Source of the DNA: Octopus bimaculoides
Lineage: Eukaryota
Length of the DNA: 64,000 nt
Assembly (NCBI RefSeq): GCF_001194135.2
Contig: NC_068986.1
Coordinates: 85,237,661 to 85,301,660, forward strand
Direction of reading: 5' to 3'
The notes under the pieces were generated by a model. It was given only the letters and a program-made list of their open reading frames with translations. It was not told the DNA's origin and ran no database searches. The position numbers were made by a program, and so were the translations under genes. Below, one piece after another: positions 1 to 10,887 of this stretch. Positions within the stretch are counted from its first letter, which is position 1. Each line of letters starts with the position of its first letter.

Positions 1-476
1 TAAACTTATGTGTGTCTCTGTGTGTGAGAGAGAAAGCATTGCTAAAGAAGGTAGTGAGTGAAACATTTGCAGGGCGGTCTGTTAACACAATCAACGCAAT
101 GCTCTTCTTTCTTTATCAAATTACCTGTTGAAAACATGCCATTCATATCCAACCGTACTGCCATTCATGAAATCTATTTCGGCAGTCATCGATTTTATGA
201 ATTAATGAACATTGCTAGGAATCTTTCACAGAACACACGCAGTTACTTCAGATGCAAATAGCCATATAATGTCCGACACCCACACAAAAATATCAACATG
301 CGTGTTTAGGCTACAATATGCACATATAATCAATCACACAAACACATAAATACAAACATATCCTAGCTTAGAAACAGAGTCCAATACGACAAACTTTCAC
401 ATGCGTCACCAATATGATTATATACAAAAGCGGTCTCCAAATACATACTAAAATACGCAAACATATCTAAACGCAC

Positions 477-538
<62 letters not shown>

Positions 539-1645
539 NNNNNNNNNNNNNNNNNNNNNNNNNNNNNNNNNNNNNNNNNNNNNNNNNNNNNNNNNNNNNN
601 NNNNNNNNNNNNNNNNNNNNNNNNNNNNNNNNNNNNNNNNNNNNNNNNNNNNNNNNNNNNNNNNNNNNNNNNNNNNNNNNNNNNNNNNNNNNNNNNNNNN
701 NNNNNNNNNNNNNNNNNNNNNNNNNNNNNNNNNNNNNNNNNNNNNNNNNNNNNNNNNNNNNNNNNNNNNNNNNNNNNNNNNNNNNNNNNNNNNNNNNNNN
801 NNNNNNNNNNNNNNNNNNNNNNNNNNNNNNNNNNNNNNNNNNNNNNNNNNNNNNNNNNACACACACACACACACACACACAGATATAGATGTGTGTGTGT
901 GTGTGTGTCTGTGTGTGTGTGTGTGTGTGTGTGATGTGTGTGTGTGTGATGTGCAAACACCATGATATGAAGAGGAGGGGACAATACTATACTAGGTTTC
1001 CGCTCAGAAAATAAGAAGTAGGAAGAAAAGGGAAATTGTTTTCCGTTGCGAGTAAGCACTCTCCTTCTATCCGGGTTTCATTCAAACTATTTATGGTTTG
1101 GTTGAAGCGTAACAAGTTCGTGGTATTACATACAGTGAAAGATATGACTATCTCTATCGTGAAAAACAGAACGAGATCAATCCATGATTTAATAAAGTGT
1201 TTGGAATGAAATTCGTAGGACATTAATGAATCCGAAAAGACGACACAAAATATGTAAATGTTATAAAGGGCAGCTATGCGTGTGAATGTACTTAACTCTA
1301 AACGGTTTATATTACATTAGGACGACTGTCATACTAGATACTTATTGAGGCAGAAAACAGAATATTATCTTTACTCACTACTAGTGAAAGTCTTCATTTA
1401 GAGGCTACTTCTGCTACAATTGTTCGTAATAAAACGTACTGCGTCTTAACGTTGACAGGAAGAAGAAACCAATTCAATCAATCCTAGAACTTGACTGGTA
1501 CACTATTTCATCGATTCGGGAACTTTGGCAGGTTTTGAACTCAAAATACAAATTGCTGAAACTCAATATCACAAGGCAATTTTTTCGTCTATCTTAAGAT
1601 TTTTCCAGATCATTGTCCTTACACGCGCGCGCGCACGCACGCACA

Positions 1646-1706
<61 letters not shown>

Positions 1707-1710
1707 TCCC

Positions 1711-2108
1711 TTTTTTTCTTTTACTTGTTTCTGTCATTTGACTGCGGCCATGCTAGAGCACCGCCTTTAGTCGAGCAAATCGACCCAGGACTTATTCTTT
1801 GTAAGCCTAGTACTTATTCCATCGGGTCCTTTTTGCTGAGACCGCTAGGTTAAGTTACGGGGACGTAAAGACACCACCTTCGGTTGTCAAGCGACGTGGG
1901 GAGACAAACACAGACACACAAACATATACACACACATACATATATATAAATACATATGTACGACGGTCTTCCTTTAGTTTCTGTCTACCAAATCCACTCA
2001 CAAGGCTATGGTCGGCCCGAGGCAATAGTAGACGACACTTGCCTAAGTTGCCACGCAGTGGGACTGAACCCAGAACCATGTAGTTCGTAAGCAAGCTACT
2101 TGCCACAT
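1711..2108 (-). mobile_element. tRNA-derived SINE family B (CORE-like segment, internal microsatellite, conserved tail)
   Basis: Reverse complement of the copy at 8286-9075: head with B-box-like ggttcagtccc, CORE-like caccttgggcaagt, tail ctccagcatggccgcagtcaaatgactgaaacaagtaaaag. Confidence 0.85.
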
Positions 2109-3667
2109 GGCTTGTCGGTGTATACACTACGTTTTTCTGACCTAGGTTTCATGAAGACACTCGGCAGGAAATGGAACTAGAATTGAAAGAAGATGCTAAT
2201 GAAAGTGGTAACAATAATAAAGATTATCATAATAATAATAATAATAATAATAATAAGCATTATTTTGAATACCTAACTGAGAGCAACTGGTAAAGGTTTG
2301 GAATAATCCCTTACTATCTGCAAATATATATATATANNNNNNNNNNNNNNNNNNNNNNNNNNNNNNNNNNNNNNNNNNNNNNNNNNNNNNNNNNNNNNNN
2401 NNNNNNNNNNNNNNNNNNNNNNNNNNNNNNNNNNNNNNNNNNNNNNNNNNNNNNNNNNNNNNNNNNNNNNNNNNNNNNNNNNNNNNNNNNNNNNNNNNNN
2501 NNNNNNNNNNNNNNNNNNNNNNNNNNNNNNNNNNNNNNNNNNNNNNNNNNNNNNNNNNNNNNNNNNNNNNNNNNNNNNNNNNNNNNNNNNNNNNNNNNNN
2601 NNNNNNNNNNNNNNNNNNNNNNNNNNNNNNNNNNNNNNNNNNNNNNNNNNNNNNNNNNNNNNNNNNNNNNNNNNNNNNNNNCGATACACTCGCGGTCACA
2701 TATACATACATACATACATACATACATACATACATACATACATACATACATACATACATACACACATACATAGAGGTGGTAATGAAGAAAAACACAAATA
2801 GGCTAGATACATATATTTACATGGAGCAAAAAGTACAGAATAAAAAATAAAAGAAAAGCATATAGAGAAAGTATGAAATGTTCTACTGCGACAGCTATTT
2901 CAGGATGCCAAGAGGTACGTAAGAACAACAATTTTCAGGTTATTTATGCATAAAACCAGTTAAATGAAGTAATTACATTAAGTGCGGCTCCCACTTTCAA
3001 ATAAATATTGGCCAATGTATTTGCCAATCTTCTCTTGAATGACTCTTTCTGGCTGATCACCAGTTGCATGGCTAAGACGTTAGGCATATATCACTTCTAA
3101 ATTACGTTTGTTACGTACCTCTTGACTTCATGAAACAGCTATCGAGATAAGACATAATTTCTATATACATAAACCCATGTTTTTCTTATTCTTATTCTGT
3201 ATTTTCTGTTCTCCGTGTAAATATATATATGAAGCCTATCTGTGTTTACTACCTTACTACCCCATCAAAGTTTTATTTGGATTTCTCTTATAAATACTCT
3301 TGTTGTTGTGGGTCTTGTCCTGGATGAAACAGTCAGAGTTTATGTTCAAATTCATTTGAACAATACTATGCGTTTACTATACTGAGCTTGTTTAACTCTT
3401 ACCTAGTGTCTGTATATGTATATACGTACATATATAAATATATGTATATGTGTGTGTGTGTATCACTGCAGGTATGTTACATCATCGCAAATCTATGGGT
3501 TCGTTTCCTCTCACTAAGCTGTTAATTCTTCTCTTGAATAAGGGGTCAAATAAAACACTTACAGGCATAAAATATCATTCGCTTCCTTGAATTATGATGA
3601 AATACTTATGATGATATAATAATATGGCTTTTAGAATGATGTAACTATGATTTTTCTTTTCTTACAG

Positions 3668-3841
3668 TTTGACATGGGACACACCAGTCCAAGAGATATT
3701 AGGTAAAGATTTCCAACTGTGTGATGAACACCGGAGCAAATATGTTAACATTCGGGACCTGCTTGCACACAAAACAGGAATACCCGGTTACTTCGGTGCC
3801 CTTACCACTGGAATTGATGCAAAAACCGAGGATATAGTGCG
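3668..3841 (+). CDS. Beta-lactamase-family (serine hydrolase) gene, first exon visible in window (internal exon)
   Basis: Acceptor ttttcttacag|; donor |gtaata; 174 bp, phase 2-2. Encodes LTWDTPVQEILGKDFQLCDEHRSKYVNIRDLLAHKTGIPGYFGALTTGIDAKTEDIVR, with the family-typical I-R-D-L-L-x-H-x-x-G motif. Too short for the ORF track. Confidence 0.9.
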
Positions 3842-4029
3842 GTAATATTATTATCTCTTTACTTTTCCTCTTGGCTAAATGAGCCGAGTTGTATTTCGAT
3901 AATGAAGGATTAAATGCTCTTTTTCAGTATTTGAATGTATATATTTTTCAAAATTATTCATTTATTAATCAACATTAAATTATATTCATCAACATATGAA
4001 CACCTTTGGTCTACTTTTTTACTTCTTTG

Positions 4030-4495
4030 CTCACGTGGCTCTCACGTGACTATCGGCCATCTTTATTTCTTCTCCTAACTTGTGTTTCTTTCTCTCCGTT
4101 GTAGCTGGATCAAGGAAGACGTGTTCTTGTCTGTCTCCTATCCAAGCTTGATTTACGCGTTCGCCACCATAACCTCATTTAGGTTTAGCAGCCTTTCCTG
4201 TTTGTTTTCACTGTCCTGTTTGTGTTAGCAATTTTGAACCTCCGCAAAATCCCAAATTTTATTTAACTAGTTTTGCGGGAGCAACTGTTTTATCGAAAGC
4301 GTATCATGTTGTGAAATGCTCGAAATACGAGAGTAGAAAAACAGTCAACAAGTGATAAATGGTCGATCTTTATGTTGTTTGTCTTGTTTTCCATCTGTGT
4401 CTTTCGATGTTCGAAAAAATAGTTCATATTCCATGTACTCGTACTTCGTATTTTTTGTTGTACATGTTTCGTACCGTGCCCACATATCCATATGT
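4030..4495 (+). repeat. Interspersed repeat, class uncertain (possibly PLE-derived); sister copy at 56455-56935
   Basis: Shares ttttga.cctc...aaatcc.aaatt.tattt...gggagcaactgt...aatgctc.gaata..gagtaga with the reverse complement of 56455-56935. Confidence 0.6.
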
Positions 4496-4907
4496 ATATA
4501 TATATATATATNNNNNNNNNNNNNNNNNNNNNNNNNNNNNNNNNNNNNNNNNNNNNNNNNNNNNNNNNNNNNNNNNNNNNNNNNNNNNNNNNNNNNNNNN
4601 NNNNNNNNNNNNNNNNNNNNNNNNNNNNNNNNNNNNNNNNNNNNNNNNNNNNNNNNNNNNNNNNNNNNNNNNNNNNNNNNNNNNNNNNNNNNNNNNNNNN
4701 NNNNNNNNNNNNNNNNNNNNNNNNNNNNNNNNNNNNNNNNNNNNNNNNNNNNNNNNNNNNNNNNNNNNNNNNNNNNNNNNNNNNNNNNNNNNNNNNNNNN
4801 NNNNNNNNNNNNNNNNNNNNNNNNNNNNNNNNNNNNNNNNNNNNNNNNNNNNNNNNNNNNNNNNNNNNNNNNNNNNNNNNNNNNNNNNNNNNNNNNNNNN
4901 NNNNNNN

Positions 4908-4943
<36 letters not shown>

Positions 4944-4966
4944 CATATATATATATATATATATAT

Positions 4967-5035
<69 letters not shown>

Positions 5036-5433
5036 TTAGTCATTCATAACGGGTTTTCCACTTTCATTTGTGCATTATTGACTTACAGCTGTGTCAAATA
5101 AGAATTTTGTGTGCGTTCATGGTTCAATTGAATCAATCGATCGATTGATTAATATGAAATAGAGTGAACGATCGTTGCCATGCTATCTTCGCCAGAGCCC
5201 TAAAAATCATCTGCCAAAGGAATAGAAGAGGACAAACATACGCAAAGAAAAGGAAAGAGAAAAGAGTGTATTTGATCAGTGCGACAGATATATGGAATTA
5301 GGTCACCTGTTTCTAGCCATCACTCGTGAGGTGTATGCATACTTTATATACCAATGTATAAATCCATACCATATTAACTGTGTAATGCAATCATGGGTTT
5401 ACAAATTCAACTGGTGATGTGCCTCAACATCAA

Positions 5434-5710
5434 ATTAGGTAAAGATTTCCAACAGTGTGATGAACATCGGAGCAGATATGTTATCATTCGGGATCTGCTT
5501 GTACGCACAGCAGGAATAGCCGGTTTCTTTGGTGCCCTTACCGCTGGAGTTGATGAAAGAACCGAGAATATAGTGCGGTAATGTAAATTATTGTCTATTT
5601 GCCTTTCCCCTAGGCTAAAGGAGCCGAGGGGTATTTAACTGCATTTGAACGCTTATATTTTACAAAGTTATTCATTTATTAATCAACAGTGAATGATAAT
5701 CATTAAGATG
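5434..5710 (+). pseudogene. 5'-truncated degenerate duplicate of exon 3668-3841 plus downstream intron
   Basis: Aligns to 3699-3841 with 17 substitutions in 143 nt and no indels. Keeps the GT donor and about 130 bp of intron homology (ggctaaa.gagccgag; ttattcatttattaatcaaca). No in-frame acceptor. Confidence 0.88.
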
Positions 5711-5895
5711 TGTGTGTGTGTGCGTACGAATGTGTAAACAGAGTTAGCGGTTATAGTAACCGACTAAGGGATAAAATATCCGTATATACTATCTGTATCT
5801 GTTACCTGCATTATCCCCGGGCGTTGGTGTGCAGGCACACAATATCCGTAGAGTGCAGATAATAATAAGGTAAACAAGAGCTTATCAGGAACTAA

Positions 5896-6110
5896 TGCAA
5901 ATATTAGGAAATGGAGAAAACCACAGATTAACAAACTCATCGATTAGACAATATTTATGGCTTATTTTTTAATACAACGCATGACATAAAAAAATAGGTG
6001 ACGTCACCTATTTTTTTATGCCAGGCTTTGTATTAAAACATAAGCTATAATTGTTGTCCAATCGATGTGTTTGTTAATCTGTGGTTTTCTCCATTTTCTA
6101 ATTATTTGCA
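5896..6110. repeat. 215-bp loopless palindrome (foldback)
   Basis: Arms 5896-6002 and 6003-6110 are near-perfect reverse complements. The central 36 bp (5985-6020) are perfectly palindromic around TGACGTCA. Confidence 0.92.
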
Positions 6111-6116
6111 CATACA

Positions 6117-6154
<38 letters not shown>

Positions 6155-6202
6155 TACATGCACATATATATATATATATATATGGGAGAATATACAAATA
6201 AT

Positions 6203-6372
6203 AACAACAGACGAGGACAGGTGGTGTAAATAACAAAAGTATATATTAGTATGACGCTCGGGAATACGGAAAGTCTTTGACGTTTCGAGCTACGCTCTTC
6301 AACAGAAAGAATACGGAGACAAGGAGAAAAACACGGAGAAAAAAAATTGAATAGTGTTCAGTCAACGGTCAA
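6203..6372 (-). mobile_element. Short PLE-type (pLTR-like) repeat with hammerhead-like motif
   Basis: Homologous to 20864-21000, 21152-21292 and 63170-63345; carries a minimal type-I hammerhead fold at 6274-6310. Confidence 0.65.
6274..6310 (-). ncRNA. Minimal type-I hammerhead ribozyme-like motif (CUGUUGA core variant)
   Basis: Minus strand: UCUUU CUGUUGA A GAGC GUA GCUC GAAAC GUC AAAGA. Helix I 5 bp, helix II 4 bp, palindromic ACGU helix III, GUC site. Confidence 0.6.
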
Positions 6373-6393
6373 TATATATATATGTATGTATAT

Positions 6394-6515
6394 CCTTTTC
6401 TGATCTAGGCACAAGGCCTGAAATTTTGAGGGAAGGGGGACCAGTCGAATAGATCGACCTAAGTGTGTAACTGGTGCTTAATTTATCGACTCCGAAAGGA
6501 TGAAAGACAAAGTTA
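6394..6515 (-). mobile_element. SINE family A, 3' half
   Basis: ctaggcacaaggcctgaaattttg...gtcgaatagatcgacc...atttatcgactccgaaaggatgaaagacaaagt. Confidence 0.8.
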
Positions 6516-7127
6516 TATCTGTAGTAGAATGTGTTTAGAAAATAATGCATTTATTATTAATTTAGAGAGCAGCAAAGGAAAAACAGTGGGGTCCAGATAA
6601 AGGAGTGCTGATGAGTTATTTATATTTAGAAGATTTTATGAGGCATGTAGTGTTCAGCCATTTAGAATTAGATCCGTTGGGTGTTCTCAACTGTATTCTA
6701 GTAGATGATGATAAATCAGTTTATCACCATCAACTATAATACATTTGATAACTCGCAAAGGATTTAATTCTAAATGGCGGATGACGACATGTTGCATAAA
6801 ATCTTGTAAATATAAATAACTACGTCATCACTTCTTTATCTTGACCCCACTATTTTTCCTCTGCTACTCACTAAATTAATAATATAGACATTATTTTCTA
6901 AACTCATTTTAACACAGATATAACATATATATCAATTAAATGGAACCGCTTGAAACGGACACCTGTACATCCTTGTTACTTAATTACATTCTGTTCACCT
7001 AACTTGAAGCAGACAAGGTGCCTCAATTTAAGTACCTAATTCAACTGAATCATAGTTATATGTGTTTGTGTGTTTTATATATGTTATGTATATATATGTG
7101 TATATGTTATATATATACACACACACA

Positions 7128-7165
<38 letters not shown>

Positions 7166-8285
7166 NNNNNNNNNNNNNNNNNNNNNNNNNNNNNNNNNNN
7201 NNNNNNNNNNNNNNNNNNNNNNNNNNNNNNNNNNNNNNNNNNNNNNNNNNNNNNNNNNNNNNNNNNNNNNNNNNNNNNNNNNNNNNNNNNNNNNNNNNNN
7301 NNNNNNNNNNNNNNNNNNNNNNNNNNNNNNNNNNNNNNNNNNNNNNNNNNNNNNNNNNNNNNNNNNNNNNNNNNNNNNNNNNNNNNNNNNNNNNNNNNNN
7401 NNNNNNNNNNNNNNNNNNNNNNNNNNNNNNNNNNNNNNNNNNNNNNNNNNNNNNNNNNNNNNNNNNNNNNNNNNNNNNNNNNNNNNNNNNNNNNNNNNNN
7501 NNNNNNNNNNNNNNNNNNNNNNNNNNNNNNNNNNNNNNNNNNNNNNNNNNNAAAAAATAAGTACTGTGTCGATTTGTTCGATCAAATCCCAACAAGGCTG
7601 CAATACAATCCCCGAAACAAGTAAAGGATAAACAAAATGTATACAAACATACACGAGTAAGCACATAAATACAAAACAAGGCGGGAAACTGGTACTGGAA
7701 TACCGAAGGCAAAATACGATCCTTTTTGTTTTATTGATGTACATTGATGATTAAATTTCAATTAAATATTACATTTGATCACTTGTTTTCTTTATTCAAA
7801 ATTCAGACAGAACTTATGGGATGACCTGATATATATTTGGCTTAATGTACTATAACAGAAACAAATTGGAGCGAACAATGAATGGATATATTATTGTAAA
7901 ATATTCGTAAACTCTGTAGGGCAAATACTCTTCAGCTATCTTGAATTGTACAATGCCAGTTAAGTTTACAGTAGTTGAATGTCAATGAACTACTAAATAT
8001 AATTTACGGTGTGCTGCACCGCTGTGAATAGAAATGCTCTTTTAGTAACATGAATTGTATTGACATCAATTTCATTCGAACCTCCGGACATTTGGTATTT
8101 TCATTCATTCCAGACCAGCTTACAACAAATGACATATTAATGAATTTTATTTCGTGACTCAAAAACAATTAATACATATATTGATGCCAACTACGTGTTA
8201 ATTTCTATTGGAGGTTTAAGGTTTCTACCAAGCTTATGTCGTATCTATGGTGCACATCAGAATCATGGAATTTTCTTTTCAAATA

Positions 8286-8447
8286 GGCGCAGGAGTGGCT
8301 GTGTGGTAAGTAGCTTTCTTACCAACCACATGGTTCCTGGTTCAGTCCCACTGCGTGGCACCTTGGGCAAGTGTCTTCTACTATAGCCTCGGGCCGACCA
8401 AAGCCTTGTGAGTGGACTTGGTACACGGAAACTGAAAGAAACCCGTC

Positions 8448-8485
<38 letters not shown>

Positions 8486-9075
8486 NNNNNNNNNNNNNNN
8501 NNNNNNNNNNNNNNNNNNNNNNNNNNNNNNNNNNNNNNNNNNNNNNNNNNNNNNNNNNNNNNNNNNNNNNNNNNNNNNNNNNNNNNNNNNNNNNNNNNNN
8601 NNNNNNNNNNNNNNNNNNNNNNNNNNNNNNNNNNNNNNNNNNNNNNNNNNNNNNNNNNNNNNNNNNNNNNNNNNNNNNNNNNNNNNNNNNNNNNNNNNNN
8701 NNNNNNNNNNNNNNNNNNNNNNNNNNNNNNNNNNNNNNNNNNNNNNNNNNNNNNNNNNNNNNNNNNNNNNNNNNNNNNNNNNNNNNNNNNNNNNNNNNNN
8801 NNNNNNNNNNNNNNNNNNNNNNNNNNNNTGTGTGTGTGTGTGTTTGTTTGTGTGTCTGTGTTTGTTCCCCTAGCATTGCTTGACAACCGATGCTGGTGTG
8901 TTTATGTCCCTGTCACTTAGCGGTTCGGCAAAATAGTCCGATAGAATAAGCACTAGGCTTACAAAGAATAAGTCCCGGGGTTGATTTGCTCGACTAAAGA
9001 CGGTGCTCCAGCATGGCCGCAGTCAAACGACTGAAACAAGTAAAAGAGTAAAAGAGAGTAAAGAGTAAAGAGTAA
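8286..9075 (+). mobile_element. tRNA-derived SINE family B (gap inside internal microsatellite)
   Basis: ggcgcaggagtggctgtgtggtaag...ggttcagtcccactgcgtggcaccttgggcaagtgtc; then (TA)n/N/(TG)n; tail ends gaaacaagtaaaagagtaaaag. Confidence 0.88.
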
Positions 9076-9963
9076 ATATTCACTCAACACTCACAATGCT
9101 GCAGTGTTCTGCATGGGAGATCAGAACGATCAAAATTTCAAAACTCCTCGTCAATTGCATCTTAGCCTTAAAGACAATAGGAGTGACATCCTTTGTAACT
9201 AAAATGACTTTTTTTAATTATAAATATTTGTTTTATTTATTTATTTATTGTTATGTTTTTTTTTTGTTTTTTTTTTTCATTATACTCTTTCAATAATTCC
9301 ATATTTTAGTTTTCTGAAATAATACTAAATAATTTTCCTGTAATACCTTTGGTATTCAATTTGTTTTCCTAAACAGTATGTCTTTCGAATAATCGTTGTA
9401 ACAGAAATAGAGAGCCTTCCAATTAGTATTTTTATATCCCGTACTTCAGGACATTAGAATTTTTATGTACTTATAAATATTTAGCTATTGCATTTATATG
9501 TACAGTATCTTGTAATACTTTAATCTTCCACGAAACAACACTTTGATACAACAAACAAGAGAACCGTCCTTAATTCAAATATCAAATAACGCGACAGAAT
9601 GGGTTTTTGATATAGTTTATGAATAAATTAATGAAAATTTATTTATTATACACTTGTTTTGGTCTCTCTTAAATTACAAACACCAAACGAAAACTAAGTA
9701 TATGTTTTTACAGAATAAGATTTCAGCCATAAACATTTATTCGCTTATAATGGTTGGTGCGTAATATTTATTACATAAAGTTTTATAATACGTATATACT
9801 TTTTGATTCTTTATAAACTTATATATTTTAAATTTTAAGAGATTATTTCATTTACAACACAACTCTCTGCTCGTTCAAAACCACCTTCTGTCTCTTCTTC
9901 TCATTCTACTATTCCCTATTCAGTAAATATTTTGTATGTATGCAATGTTCTGCAAAACTAAAA

Positions 9964-10178
9964 GGACGGCGAGCTTGCAGAATCGTTAACACGCTACGCA
10001 AAATGATTTGTGACGTTTCGTCCGTCTTTACGTTGTGAGTTTAAATTCCGCCAAGATCGACTTTGCCTTTCATTCTCTCGGAGTCGATGAAATAAGTACA
10101 AGTTGAAAACTGGCGTTGATTTAATCGACTTGCTTCTTCCCCGAAATTGCTGCCCGTTTGATAAAATTAGAAAGAAAT
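9964..10178 (+). mobile_element. tRNA-derived SINE family A
   Basis: ggcgagcttgcagaatcgttaac...gagtttaaattccgccaagatcgactttgcctttcat. Confidence 0.8.
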
Positions 10179-10225
10179 ATTCAAATATTCTACAAAATCC
10201 GCTTCAGTATTATTTCTGACAAAAA

Positions 10226-10344
10226 GCAGTGAATTGGCAGAAACTTTAGCAAGCCAGGCAAAATGCTTAGCTTTATTTCGTTTGTCTTTACGTTCTGAGT
10301 TCAAATTCCGCCGAGGTCGATGTTGTCTTTGTTCCTTTTGGGAG
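10226..10344 (+). mobile_element. SINE family A, 5' part (runs into gap)
   Basis: ggcagaaactttagcaagccaggcaaaatgcttag...gagttcaaattccgccgaggtcga. Confidence 0.8.
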
Positions 10345-10580
10345 NNNNNNNNNNNNNNNNNNNNNNNNNNNNNNNNNNNNNNNNNNNNNNNNNNNNNNNN
10401 NNNNNNNNNNNNNNNNNNNNNNNNNNNNNNNNNNNNNNNNNNNNNNNNNNNNNNNNNNNNNNNNNNNNNNNNNNNNNNNNNNNNNNNNNNNNNNNNNNNN
10501 NNNNNNNNNNNNNNNNNNNNNNNNNNNNNNNNNNNNNNNNNNNNNNNNNNNNNNNNNNNNNNNNNNNNNNNNNNNNAAAT

Positions 10581-10611
<31 letters not shown>

Positions 10612-10613
10612 AA

Positions 10614-10887
10614 GGAGGTGTACTTTCATAGCAAGTGACCTGATCTGAGATCGTGTGCTGGAACCAAAACAATTGCAGCGTGGAAGGTGTTTATAAGCCA
10701 TTTAAGAAACACAAAAACACCGTTAGATTCACTTCAACATTTAGATTTAATTTGCCAAAATATTTTCGTCACTTTGAGACCGCGACCTGTTCACTGACAA
10801 AATTCCGATGCAGCACGGAATTTTGTCATTGAACAGGTCGCGGTCTCAAACCGACGAAAATATTTTGGTAAATTAAATTTAAATGTT
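10614..10887. mobile_element. PLE-type repeat with terminal 152-bp inverted duplication
   Basis: Arms 10736-10807 and 10816-10887 (72 bp each) flank an 8-nt loop, ATGCAGCA. Confidence 0.75.

Noticed and set aside
1033-1060. KLFSVASKHS, resembling the LFxIASxxK (SxxK) segment of beta-lactamases
   Set aside because: There is no Lys at +3, an in-frame stop lies just upstream (1012), and there is no convincing acceptor or downstream similarity. The real SxxK exon is probably upstream of the window.
2905-2915. Possible micro-exon tttcag|gatgccaagag|gtacgt
   Set aside because: 11 nt is not compatible with a recognisable reading frame, and there is no independent support.
5393-5581. ORF as an independent small protein or alternative exon
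   Set aside because: It is the truncated exon duplicate; candidate acceptors give immediate stops.
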